Shown here one piece after another: positions 1 to 9,179 of a DNA stretch of 53,719 nt (position 1 is the first letter of the stretch; every line of letters begins with the position of its first letter). This stretch comes from Parcubacteria group bacterium (GTDB lineage Bacteria > Patescibacteriota > Minisyncoccia > Phycocordibacterales > Phycocordibacteraceae). Location of the stretch: assembly GCA_028286525.1 (NCBI GenBank), contig JAQBRL010000021.1, forward strand, positions 1 through 53,719, in the 5' to 3' direction. The position numbers were made by a program, and so were the translations under genes. The notes under the pieces were generated by a model, which was given only the letters and a program-made list of their open reading frames with translations, searched no databases and had not been told where the DNA came from.

Positions 1-10
1 AGGTCGCCGC

Positions 11-808
11 TTAGGCGGCCGCGACCCTGGTGGAGCTGTTGGCCAGGCGCCGCTTGTTGGAGCGGAGCATGGTGCCGGCGACGCCGAAGCCCATGATCAT
101 CATGGCCCAGGACGCCGGTTCCGGCACGCCAGCGACCTCGAAGTTGTACTTGGTGCCGTTGGCGATGACGTCGTCGACATGCGCGAGGTAGCTGGACCCC
201 GCGCTGCTGCCGACACCGACGTAGAAGCCCCCCACGATGTCGTTGCTGAGACTGGGATTGGCGCCCAGCCAGCTCGAAATCGACATCGCGTGGTTCACAT
301 TGTTCTCGCTCTTCAGGTAGAAGAAGGAGTTCGAGTCGGTGACGTTCAGGCTGCCGATCGCGCCTTCGGAGGAGTAGCCGCCGGGCTGATAGGCGGCTTC
401 ATAGACGAGCTCGTCCTTGACCACGCCGTTCCAGAAGACCAGGCGAAGGGCGGGCGAGTACTTCGGGTCCAGCGCGCTGACCGACGTGGGGTCGATCTCG
501 TAGCTGAAGCTGAGGTCCGCGAACTGGCTCACCGTGCCCAGGTTGTTGCCGAAGACAGTCGGGTTGCCGAAGAGGCCGATCAGGCCGCCGTAGGCGACCC
601 GGCTGCGATCGCCGGTCACGGCCATGGAGCCGTTGCCGTCGATGGGCGTGGCGGTAATCGTCGCCGAACCGCCGCCGGTGTTCTCGCTGGGCGGACTGCT
701 CCAGCCTTGCGAGCCATCGAGGGTCGTCACCGTGACGGTGTTGGCTTGCGCCGCGCTGCCGAAGATCATCGTTGCCGCGATCGCGGCCGCAAAGAGAGTG
801 GTTTTCAA
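11..808 (-). CDS. PEPxxWA-CTERM sorting-domain secreted protein
   Basis: Signal peptide MKTTLFAAAIAA...AQA; C-terminal VPEPASWAMMIMGFGVAGTMLR plus basic tail; TTG start after GAAGGGG RBS. Confidence 0.85.
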   Translation of the reverse strand: MKTTLFAAAIAATMIFGSAAQANTVTVTTLDGSQGWSSPPSENTGGGSATITATPIDGNGSMAVTGDRSRVAYGGLIGLFGNPTVFGNNLGTVSQFADLSFSYEIDPTSVSALDPKYSPALRLVFWNGVVKDELVYEAAYQPGGYSSEGAIGSLNVTDSNSFFYLKSENNVNHAMSISSWLGANPSLSNDIVGGFYVGVGSSAGSSYLAHVDDVIANGTKYNFEVAGVPEPASWAMMIMGFGVAGTMLRSNKRRLANSSTRVAAA

Positions 809-1048
809 GGCGATAGCCCCTTCAGTTGCCCGGTGTTTCCAGATATTGGTATCACCGCAGCAAAAAATCCTCGAAACTCAAGGACTTGTGGCTGCGGAAA
901 ACCTATTTCGTAGCTAAAAAGAACTGAAACGTTACTTTAACACGTTATTTAATAGTTGCAAATATGGACGTGCGCTTTTCTCTGCACAGGGTCGCCCCGA
1001 GGAACTTGACGAGGTGCTACTCTAAAGGTATGAGAAAACTCGCATTCC

Positions 1049-1339
1049 ATGCCTGATCCAGAACTCCTGGCGCACGTCACCCGCATGCGGGCTTCCGGCA
1101 TCTCGGAAGAGGAAATACGGCGTACGCTGAGCGCCGACGGCAGGAGCCTGGAGAGCATTAATGGCGCACTTGCGCTCCTGAAGCTGCACGAAGCGCCCCC
1201 GCTGACGCGCGGAAGGCATCTGGACCCGTTGGACGTAGCGGTTCCGAGCACGCGATTGAGCGTCGTCCTCTGCGCCATCGGGACTGCCATCCTTATTGCT
1301 GGTGCATTGGCCTTCGTATATGCCTTTTTCAGGGTCTAG
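1049..1339 (+). CDS. Small membrane protein with N-terminal helical domain paralogous to the next gene
   Basis: N-terminus (PELLAHVTRMRASGISEEEIR...INGALALLK) aligns by eye with that of 1399-3903; C-terminal TM helix. Confidence 0.7.
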   Translation: MPDPELLAHVTRMRASGISEEEIRRTLSADGRSLESINGALALLKLHEAPPLTRGRHLDPLDVAVPSTRLSVVLCAIGTAILIAGALAFVYAFFRV

Positions 1340-1398
1340 CCACCGATCCGTGAGAAGCAGGAGCGCATGGTATGCTTGCTCCTATCAAGACGCGCTTC

Positions 1399-3903
1399 AT
1401 GGCTGATACCGATCTCATTGAACTCGTCACTCGCAAGCTTGCCTCCGGAGTTTCAGAGGAAAAGGTACGCGCGGATCTCATCACCAAGGGATACAGTGCT
1501 GGAGATATAAACGGCGCGTTCGCCATCCTCAAACTCGAGGCGAACCCGCTTACAGCCGGCAAATCCGAATTCGCCTCTCGAATGGAATCCTCCCCACCGC
1601 AAGGGGTGAATTGGTTCGTCGTGATACCGGTGCTGGGCCTTATCCTCATCGCGGGGGCAGCCTATCTGTATCTGCCGCAAATAAAAACATCGGCCTCCAC
1701 TATGCTCGCGCGGTCGCTTGGCACGTCGACTCCGCTTACTAAGGAGCCATTCGTGCCTTTCAATCCGGTACCGACCCAGACCCCGAGCGCCACCGTCGCC
1801 GTCAATACGACTCCTTCCTGGAGCGCACGTCTTTACAGTGCATTTACCGGTACGCCCGCACCTAGCCCAACTGCGCCAACCGGATCGGCTTCTCCTGCAG
1901 CTACGCCTACGACCTCCGGCCAAACCCTAGCCGCCGCTCCTTCGGTATCGCTTTCAGCCGATGCGGTTTCGATACGGGCGGGGCAGACGGTCACGCTTGC
2001 CTGGACTTCGGAGCATGCCAGCAGCTGCGAGTCCACGGGCGGCTTTCCTACGAACGACCGCACGCACGGGAACGCCACGGTTCATCCGGTACTCAGTACC
2101 TCGTATGTCGTTATCTGCACCGGCCCGGGGGGAACGGCAAAAGCCCCGCTATTCATCACGGTGACCCCTGACGTCCCGACACCGACACCGACTCCAGTAC
2201 CTCCAACCGGGCCTTCAAGCGTGAACCTTTCCGTGAACCCTGAATCCGTCCTTTCGGGAGGCAGCCTGACGCTCTCCTGGTCGACCGCTAACATTTCGTC
2301 CTGTACGGCAAGCGGGAATTGGACCGGCACGAAGGAACTTTCCGGCTCGCAAACCTTCACGAACATCACTACCGCTCAGTCCTTCACCCTCACGTGCAAG
2401 GCTCCACTCACTACGATCACTAAAAATATAACGGTACCGGTTACCACTCCGGCCACCGTGCCGCCAAGCCCTCCGCCCTCGCCACCCCCTCCCGCACCGG
2501 TCATCGTGCCGGTACCTCCTGTACCCCCTGGCAGCTACGCGGTATACCCGGGATGCCAAGCACCCGCTACCTCCTATGCCAATACGATATATGTGGACCC
2601 CGCGCATGGAAGCGATACGGGTGACGGCACGCAAGCGACTCCGTACAAGACGCTTGAAACTGTGCTTGCACAGAACAAGCTGAAGACGGACACCCATGTC
2701 GTGATGCTGCCGGGCGACCACGGATTCATCTTCGCTGATAGCTATTCGAACACCACGCTTTCGAATGCATCGAGCGGCTGGGTCTGGCTCGATTTCCAGC
2801 CAGGCGCGACTGCGGACTGGATGGACATACGCAGCATGCATCGCTGGCTCATAACCAACGCCGTGGTAAGTAGAGCACCTGCCGGGCGCACCCTTCTTTC
2901 AATGGGAAGTTCAGGAAATATGGTCATTGCTGATTCGCAGCTCTATACCGCAAAGGATTCTTCGGGATGGACGATAGACCAATGGCTGAATGACGCGAAT
3001 AGCGGTATTTCCGGAGATGATTCGGTGTGCGTTTCCCTATTGCGGAACCGTATTACGAACGTACGCTTCGGCATCGCCGTATTCAGCCGAGTGAATTCGC
3101 CGACACCATCAGACAACAGCATCAAGGTGCTTATGGAGGGGAACGTCATCAAGAATTTCTCTGCAGACGGCATACGCCCGAACGGCACCGATATCACTAT
3201 CCACAATAACGGCATATACGATGCCTATGTCAGCGGCCCGGATGGCGACTGGAATCATGATGACGGGATACAGGGCTTTGCGACCGGCGGAGCGGTGTAC
3301 GGCAATGTCATTATCGATCACAACTGGGTGCAGGAAAGCACGGGCGGTCCGAATCGCGCACTCTATTCGAGCTTGCAGGGAATCTCTTCCTTCGACGGGG
3401 TGTTTACGGATAGCCGCGTCACGAACAATGTCGTCCTGGTCTCGGCCCCTCATGGCATCTCCTGGTATAACGTCCGCAATTTCACCATCGACCATAACAC
3501 CATCGCGAATATAACGAATAACGGGAACCCCACGTGGGTACTCATGATCAATAGCGATTCCAGCGACGTGGTATCGAATAATACGGGGTCGAGCTTCTCG
3601 GGCGGACCTGGCTCTACCGTTACCCTCATCAATAACGTGGAAGTCCCCGATCCCGCAGCCGTCTACACCACCTTCGATCCTGCGAGCAATCAATACAACT
3701 TCACCCCGAAGCCGGGCTCCATCCTGGATGGCCTCGATGTCGGTGCGCAGCACACGAGTCCGGTTACGCTTAGGACGCCTATACGCGGCTCGGGGACGAC
3801 CCTTCTTGCGTCAGCGGCCGCAGCGCCGGTGAAGCTCGGACTCTGGGCGACCTTCCTCGCGATGATTCACTCGCTCCTGGAAGCGCTGCGTTCGGTTCTT
3901 TAG
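1399..3903 (+). CDS. Large membrane-anchored surface protein: Ig/PKD-like repeats, Pro-rich linkers, right-handed beta-helix (pectate lyase-like) domain
   Basis: One TM helix near the N-terminus; two 'vsLsv.p.s...G..vTLsW.....sC' repeats; YVDPAHGSDTGDGTQATPYKTL (DUF1565-like); Asn/Ile-rich beta-helix repeats with HDDGIQ. Confidence 0.8.
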   Translation: MADTDLIELVTRKLASGVSEEKVRADLITKGYSAGDINGAFAILKLEANPLTAGKSEFASRMESSPPQGVNWFVVIPVLGLILIAGAAYLYLPQIKTSASTMLARSLGTSTPLTKEPFVPFNPVPTQTPSATVAVNTTPSWSARLYSAFTGTPAPSPTAPTGSASPAATPTTSGQTLAAAPSVSLSADAVSIRAGQTVTLAWTSEHASSCESTGGFPTNDRTHGNATVHPVLSTSYVVICTGPGGTAKAPLFITVTPDVPTPTPTPVPPTGPSSVNLSVNPESVLSGGSLTLSWSTANISSCTASGNWTGTKELSGSQTFTNITTAQSFTLTCKAPLTTITKNITVPVTTPATVPPSPPPSPPPPAPVIVPVPPVPPGSYAVYPGCQAPATSYANTIYVDPAHGSDTGDGTQATPYKTLETVLAQNKLKTDTHVVMLPGDHGFIFADSYSNTTLSNASSGWVWLDFQPGATADWMDIRSMHRWLITNAVVSRAPAGRTLLSMGSSGNMVIADSQLYTAKDSSGWTIDQWLNDANSGISGDDSVCVSLLRNRITNVRFGIAVFSRVNSPTPSDNSIKVLMEGNVIKNFSADGIRPNGTDITIHNNGIYDAYVSGPDGDWNHDDGIQGFATGGAVYGNVIIDHNWVQESTGGPNRALYSSLQGISSFDGVFTDSRVTNNVVLVSAPHGISWYNVRNFTIDHNTIANITNNGNPTWVLMINSDSSDVVSNNTGSSFSGGPGSTVTLINNVEVPDPAAVYTTFDPASNQYNFTPKPGSILDGLDVGAQHTSPVTLRTPIRGSGTTLLASAAAAPVKLGLWATFLAMIHSLLEALRSVL

Positions 3904-4136
3904 CGTGCTGCCGCCGCAATGCGGGCGGGAAGCCAGTCCATCACTTTCTTGCGATGAACATCGAGCGACCAATCCTCGGTCTTGAAGAAAGACGCGTGGG
4001 TCTCCTTGAACTCCTCGAGGAGCGCTTTAGAAGCACGCGGAAAGGTGACCGGAAGATCGGCGTTATAGATTTTGAGGAAATCAGCGAGTGAGCAGGGCTT
4101 TTCGCTGCGCAGTCTATCGAGATCAGGAAGTTTCAT
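3900..4136 (-). CDS. Hypothetical protein
   Basis: ORF with globular composition (YNADLPVTFPRAS...WSLDVHRKKVMDWL), AAAGGA upstream of ATG. Confidence 0.65.
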   Translation of the reverse strand: MKLPDLDRLRSEKPCSLADFLKIYNADLPVTFPRASKALLEEFKETHASFFKTEDWSLDVHRKKVMDWLPARIAAAAR

Positions 4137-4202
4137 TCCTTTTGATAATACCACGAAGTTCGAAAGCTGTCAGCTCTCGCGGGGTGGGTCCCCGTACGGG
4201 GC

Positions 4203-4325
4203 TTAATTATCCTTCTTTCCGACCTTGGCAGCGAGCATGACACGCTTGGCAGCGCGGCGCTTCGCGGTCTTGCGCGTGCGGTTGGGGTTGTTCTTGGAGC
4301 TGACTCCGTGGCCGTTCTTTACCAT
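4203..4325 (-). CDS. 40-aa highly basic small protein (not in ORF track)
   Basis: Manual translation MVKNGHGVSSKNNPNRTRKTAKRRAAKRVMLAAKVGKKDN*; codon usage like highly expressed genes; hairpin downstream (4188-4202). Confidence 0.6.
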   Translation of the reverse strand: MVKNGHGVSSKNNPNRTRKTAKRRAAKRVMLAAKVGKKDN

Positions 4326-4517
4326 AACGAAATATTACTTGTTCCCCGTAGAGTACTACGCAATGGCCGAAAAAGCCCGTCCCGCTTTATATCCATACGG
4401 GAGTGCCGTCTCGTATGCGGCGGGGGAGCGGTATACTTTTATCTATAGATCATGCACACCCTCCGTACCCTTTCCTCTGCTCCCTGCTAGTGATGAACGC
4501 TGCGGCATACCTCTATC

Positions 4518-5003
4518 GTGTTTTTCTTACTTAAAATAGTCCTCCTCGTTCTTGTCACGATAGGATCGATCCTCATGATCCGTACCTCGCAGGTGCTGTG
4601 GACCCATGACGAGGACCGATTCCTCTCCGGCACGGCCGCTCATCTTCCGGATGGCCTGTATGCGGGTTCCCTCGCGGGGCCGAGCGGTACCTGGAAAGGA
4701 AAGCGCTTCGACCGGGAAGCGCATAGGGGAGTGAATATCTTCGCTACGCCAAGCGGACTCGATGCGGAAAAATATCCGTTCACCGTTTCGGTGGGTCCGG
4801 GTACGCATGATTCGATCTCGGTGATACGGATCGACTACAATGTCGCGGCCAACCCCTTCTGGCTGCGTCCCGTGCTCGATGAGATCGTGGAAGTCGCGCC
4901 GGGCCAGTATCTGGGGAAATTGGAGCTCCGGGTGCTGCCGGGCTATCCCTTTACGCTTCTATTCTTCAATCTTTCCGCTACGACTAACGGAGTTCGCGCA
5001 TAA
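4518..5003 (+). CDS. Hypothetical membrane-anchored protein
   Basis: N-terminal TM helix; conserved-looking WKGKRFD...IDY...NPFWLRPVLDEIVEVAPGQYLGK core. Confidence 0.7.
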   Translation: MFFLLKIVLLVLVTIGSILMIRTSQVLWTHDEDRFLSGTAAHLPDGLYAGSLAGPSGTWKGKRFDREAHRGVNIFATPSGLDAEKYPFTVSVGPGTHDSISVIRIDYNVAANPFWLRPVLDEIVEVAPGQYLGKLELRVLPGYPFTLLFFNLSATTNGVRA

Positions 5004-5862
5004 GCGTCGCTAACTCGCCTTTGTCGCGTGCAAGTTCCGCGTTCAAGGCGCTTTTCTTCCGAGCGTGCTCCGCTTTGCGCGCGGTTGCCGCGCGACCCTG
5101 ATCGCTCCGAGTCCTCTCATCCTGCAGTTCGGAGTGTTCTTGCGCGCGCGCGGTTTCAAGTTCGTGCGTATGCGCAGCAAGCTCGCTTGCGAGCGTTCGT
5201 TCCTCTTCCTTCAGTCGCCGGGCTTTTTCCGTGAGTTCCTGTACGGTCTCTTCCTCGGTGCGTACTGCGTTCGTGCCGCCCTTGGCCCGAACCTCGGCAA
5301 GCTCGCGCTCGGTCGTTTCGAGGTCATGCGTGAGCGTCTGCAGACGTGCCTTCTTCTGCTCGAGCTGGCGTTCCAGCTCGTCGATGCTGCGGGTGAGGGT
5401 GCTCGCTTCCGCGCGTTCCTGCGCAAGCGTCGCGGTCGTTTCGCTCACGGTACGAGTGGCGTTCGCGCCCGCCTGGCGGCTCTCTTCGAGGCGTCGCGCG
5501 TGCGAGCGCAGCTCGGTGTCGGTAGTTTGCTCGTCGGTCTCCGTACGCTTGAGCTTGAGTGTGACTTCTCGAATGAGACGCTCGAGCGCAGAGACTTTAG
5601 TACCGGTACCGCGCGCGGAAGGGGCGCGAGACGCTCGTACGACGCGCTCAAGATGGCTCTCCTCGAGTTCGATGGCTCCGAGCGCGCGCTCCTTGATGCG
5701 GATGCGCTCCTCGACCTGACGGATCTTCACCTGGACGGCATTCTTTCGCTGCCGCTCCCGTTCCGCTTTCTGGCGTCCTTGCTCTTCGATCGCGAGTTTG
5801 GTCTCCCGTTTCGCCTCGTCGCGCAGTCGCGCGGTGTCATCCTGGAGGGGGTTATAGGCCAT
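4984..5862 (-). CDS. Coiled-coil protein
   Basis: 292 aa of E/R/A/L heptad-rich sequence. Confidence 0.75.
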   Translation of the reverse strand: MAYNPLQDDTARLRDEAKRETKLAIEEQGRQKAERERQRKNAVQVKIRQVEERIRIKERALGAIELEESHLERVVRASRAPSARGTGTKVSALERLIREVTLKLKRTETDEQTTDTELRSHARRLEESRQAGANATRTVSETTATLAQERAEASTLTRSIDELERQLEQKKARLQTLTHDLETTERELAEVRAKGGTNAVRTEEETVQELTEKARRLKEEERTLASELAAHTHELETARAQEHSELQDERTRSDQGRAATARKAEHARKKSALNAELARDKGELATLMRELR

Positions 5863-5962
5863 ACGAATAAGTATGAATCACCCTGGCTGCGGAGGGAAGT
5901 CCCGAACCGGCGATTACCAGCATGGGGAGAGGAATGCATCCAGCGAGTGATACAGTGTCGCC

Positions 5963-6547
5963 ATGGACCCGACAGACCAAGAGGCCGTCGCGGCGACGCT
6001 CGCGGATCGCCACTCGTTCTCGCTCCTCGTGGAGCGCTATCAACTGCCGCTCTCGCGGTACGTCGCGCGGCTCGGGAACCTCGATCCCGATACGGTAAAA
6101 GACATCCTGCAAGAAGCGTTCATCAAGACGTACCTGAATCTGAATGATTACGACCCCGCCCTGCCGTTCAGTTCGTGGCTCTATCGCATCGCGCACAACG
6201 AGACCATGATGCATTTCCGCCGGCAGAAGAGCCGCCCGCAGGTGCTGAAGCATGAAAGCGACATGACCCTCTTCGAACAGATCCCCGACGAACTGAATAT
6301 CTTCGAGGAAGGGGACGCGCGGCTGCGGGGCGAGCGGATACAGCGTGCGCTCCAGGACCTCAAGCCGCAGCATCGCGATGTCCTTATCCTCAGGTTCTTC
6401 GAGGATAAGAGTTACGAGGAAATATCGGACATCCTCCGTATCCCGCAGGGTACGGTGGCGACGCACCTCGCGCGCGGCAAAACCGCCCTGGAACGGCGTT
6501 TACGCCAAGAACATATACGCGACGTATACTATGGAAACGATGGATGA
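5963..6547 (+). CDS. ECF (sigma-70 group 4) sigma factor
   Basis: Region 2 DILQEAFIKTYLNL...FSSWLYRIAHN; region 4 LRFFEDKSYEEISDILRIPQGTVATHLARG. Confidence 0.92.
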   Translation: MDPTDQEAVAATLADRHSFSLLVERYQLPLSRYVARLGNLDPDTVKDILQEAFIKTYLNLNDYDPALPFSSWLYRIAHNETMMHFRRQKSRPQVLKHESDMTLFEQIPDELNIFEEGDARLRGERIQRALQDLKPQHRDVLILRFFEDKSYEEISDILRIPQGTVATHLARGKTALERRLRQEHIRDVYYGNDG

Positions 6548-7019
6548 TTTCTCGAAGCGGGTAGTGACGGAGATAGAGGCGCGCGGCGTGCTCCCGCGTT
6601 CGCGCTCGCATTTCCTTATCCAGAGGTCCGTATTCTGGACGCTTGCGATGCTTTCGGTGCTCGTGGGCGCGGTAGCGCTCTCGGTGGCCGATTATGTCTT
6701 CTTCGATAACGAAGGAGTGAGCGCGGCCATCATTCTCGAGTCGCCGGTGGAAGGCTTCATCCAAACGATCCCGTTCGTGTGGCTGCTTGTGTTCGGGCTC
6801 TTTGGCATAAGCGCCTATCTTAGCTTCCGTCACACGCAGACCGGATACCGGTATCGCGCCCTCGCCATCGTAGCGACGCTCGTCGTGGTCACGGTGGTGC
6901 TTGCGCTCCTCCTGAACACGTTCGATTTCGGCCAAGGAGTGCATTACTACTTGCTCAATCATACGAGTCTCTACGATGCCCTTATTCATTCGAGCGATGA
7001 CGTGCGCATTCCGTTCTGA
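6531..7019 (+). CDS. Membrane protein, probable anti-sigma partner of the ECF sigma
   Basis: Overlaps the sigma stop; three TM helices; start METMDDFSKR. Confidence 0.7.
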   Translation: METMDDFSKRVVTEIEARGVLPRSRSHFLIQRSVFWTLAMLSVLVGAVALSVADYVFFDNEGVSAAIILESPVEGFIQTIPFVWLLVFGLFGISAYLSFRHTQTGYRYRALAIVATLVVVTVVLALLLNTFDFGQGVHYYLLNHTSLYDALIHSSDDVRIPF

Positions 7020-7083
7020 AAGGAAATGCCCTCGAACCGCATAGTAGAGGGGAAGGCAATTCAGCCTTCTTAGTACATACCAC

Positions 7084-7356
7084 ATGAATAAAAAGCTAGG
7101 TTTGGCCGTACTCGCAGGCCTCCCGCTCGCTCTTGTGGGCATGGCTGCGAGCGTCGCGCTTGCCGCTCCCGCCCCGCAAGCAACGACATCCGCTCCCGCG
7201 CAAACCGTAGCAGCGACTGCTGACACGGATACCGAGACCAATGACGACACGTCCGTTTCAGGTACCGCGTCCGCAAGTGCTGACACGGATACGACTGAAA
7301 CGCAGGACGATGCTACTGGTGCCCAGGAAGCTCCTGGTACCGAACAGGCAGATTAA
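7084..7356 (+). CDS. Small secreted acidic low-complexity protein
   Basis: Signal peptide followed by repeated ADTDTET.DD. Confidence 0.7.
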   Translation: MNKKLGLAVLAGLPLALVGMAASVALAAPAPQATTSAPAQTVAATADTDTETNDDTSVSGTASASADTDTTETQDDATGAQEAPGTEQAD

Positions 7357-7419
7357 TAGATCGGATACACGCACCGGCACTCCCGGTGTGTGTATCCATA
7401 CCCTCTAGTCCTGAATCAT

Positions 7420-8247
7420 ATGACGCCCGCACTGTCTGCAGATGAGCGCACCCAGAAATTTACGAAGATGCTGAGCAAGGTGCCGGAGGTAACCTTCTAC
7501 TTCTGGATGATCAAAGTGCTGTGCACCACGGTAGGAGAGACCGCAGCGGACTATCTCGCCACTACCCTTAATTTCGGGCTTACCGTCACCACGCTCATCA
7601 CTGCCGGGCTTCTTGCCATCGTCCTGTTCGTTCAGTTCAGGGCTCGTCGGTATGTGCCGGGGATCTATTGGCTCGCCGTCGTGCTCATTAGCGTTGTCGG
7701 CACGCAGATCACGGACAATCTCGTCGATAATTTCGGGGTGCCGCTCGAGGTTACGACGATCATATTCGCCCTCATCCTCGCAGGCGTATTTTTCTGGTGG
7801 TATCGCGTCGAACGCACGCTTTCCATACATTCCATACTTACCACCAGGCGCGAGGCGTTCTATTGGCTCGCCATCCTCTTCACGTTCGCGCTCGGCACGT
7901 CCGCGGGCGACCTCGCGGCAGAGAGCCTGAATCTCGGGTACCTCGTGTCCGCGCTCATATTCGCCGCTCTTATCGGTGTCACGGCTACCTTCCACTATGC
8001 GGGAAAGGCGATGAATGCATCGAAGCATCTCGCGGAATCCGCGAACACGGTCGCTGCGTTCTGGATAGCTTACATCCTGACGCGTCCTTTGGGCGCCTCG
8101 ATAGGCGATTACCTATCGCAGGCACCCGCTGACGGGGGACTCGGACTCGGTACTACGCTCACGAGTATTGTTTTCCTTGCGGCCATACTCGCGCTCGTCG
8201 TCTATCTCACGGTGACCAAGCGCGACACGATACGCACCCCGCGGTAG
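7420..8247 (+). CDS. COG4705/DUF347 family membrane protein
   Basis: KVPEVTFYFWMIKVLCTTVGETAAD, REAFYWLAILFTFALGTSAGD and AYILTRPLGASIGD motifs. Confidence 0.9.
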   Translation: MTPALSADERTQKFTKMLSKVPEVTFYFWMIKVLCTTVGETAADYLATTLNFGLTVTTLITAGLLAIVLFVQFRARRYVPGIYWLAVVLISVVGTQITDNLVDNFGVPLEVTTIIFALILAGVFFWWYRVERTLSIHSILTTRREAFYWLAILFTFALGTSAGDLAAESLNLGYLVSALIFAALIGVTATFHYAGKAMNASKHLAESANTVAAFWIAYILTRPLGASIGDYLSQAPADGGLGLGTTLTSIVFLAAILALVVYLTVTKRDTIRTPR

Positions 8248-8273
8248 TAGCGAAGGCCAGGAATGCCTACGGG

Positions 8274-8654
8274 TCATCTGCCGGCAACGCGGAAATTCAA
8301 ATAGAGATTCATAAGATAGTTCCAGCTTCCTTCCACGAGCGCGATGAGGATGCGGCTGACGAGGTAATTAAGAAGGAATACCTGCACGAGTATCCATATG
8401 GATACGGTCACCATCAGAAGGCCTACTCCGGCAATGATGAGAAAATATACGTATCCGAGACCCAAGGAGCGTTCTGAGCCGATGAAGACGAAGTGCCTGC
8501 TGAGCACGTAATTGGTCGTCGTCGCCACGATGAATGCGAACCCGGCAGCAAGTACGTATTGGACGTGGAAAATCTGCACCAGCAGGGTAAGGAGCCCGAG
8601 GTCAAAGAGAAAGGTGGGCAACGTCACCGCAATGTATTTCAGAAGCCGCGCCAT
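8274..8654 (-). CDS. GtrA family membrane protein
   Basis: Four TM helices; NYVLSRHFVF and WNYLMN...F motifs. Confidence 0.85.
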   Translation of the reverse strand: MARLLKYIAVTLPTFLFDLGLLTLLVQIFHVQYVLAAGFAFIVATTTNYVLSRHFVFIGSERSLGLGYVYFLIIAGVGLLMVTVSIWILVQVFLLNYLVSRILIALVEGSWNYLMNLYLNFRVAGR

Positions 8655-8785
8655 GGGTGAACTATAGGTGAGATCCGCGTATCTATCTAGTTCGTGCGCA
8701 TGCTCGCTCCAGTACCCCGAAAAAAGAAGCTCTTGTTGCTAGCAGATATGCAGAGGTCCCCAGGATCGGGGACCTCGCGGTGAAA

Positions 8786-9025
8786 TCAATTGTTCACAGC
8801 CTTGAGCTTGAACGGCTCCAGCTTTTTGTTGATGCAGGCATAGAGCGCAGCTTGCGATGAACCCGCCTTCATTTCGGCAGAGCAGGTTTTCCATGCCTCC
8901 GCGAACTTTTCCTGGGCCTCTTTGGGGCCGAGGGAGCCGGTGTTCAAGACTTGGAGTTCAGCAGCTGCGCTTGTCGAGAGCAGGGAAAGCACCGCCGCGA
9001 ACATTGCCGCCCGTTTGTACTTCAT
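8786..9025 (-). CDS. Small secreted protein with Cys pair (distal cassette cargo)
   Basis: AAGGAG RBS, signal peptide, TTGACA at 9077-9082 next to repeat R0, hairpin terminator 8753-8776. Confidence 0.7.
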   Translation of the reverse strand: MKYKRAAMFAAVLSLLSTSAAAELQVLNTGSLGPKEAQEKFAEAWKTCSAEMKAGSSQAALYACINKKLEPFKLKAVNN

Positions 9026-9084
9026 CTTCAACTCCTTGTCTCATTCCTCTCATCAGTAAATACCTCGCAAAGCCGATGTCAAAT

Positions 9085-9124
9085 GCGTTGCTGGCTAGAG
9101 CATGTTCGAACCTGGCTCGTATAA
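9085..9124. repeat. Cassette-boundary repeat R0 (degenerate)
   Basis: gcgttgctggctagagcatgttcgaacc-tggctc-gtataa; 23/28 match to core consensus; followed by hairpin 9127-9156. Confidence 0.75.
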
Positions 9125-9179
9125 GAAGACCGCCACGTCTGGGGACGTGGCGGTCTGAAGAACGGCGGGGAAGTAAGTA

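Noticed and set aside
937..952. CtrA box upstream of the PEP-CTERM gene
   Set aside because: Spacing is TTAA-N8-TTAA, not the N7 consensus, in an AT-rich promoter.
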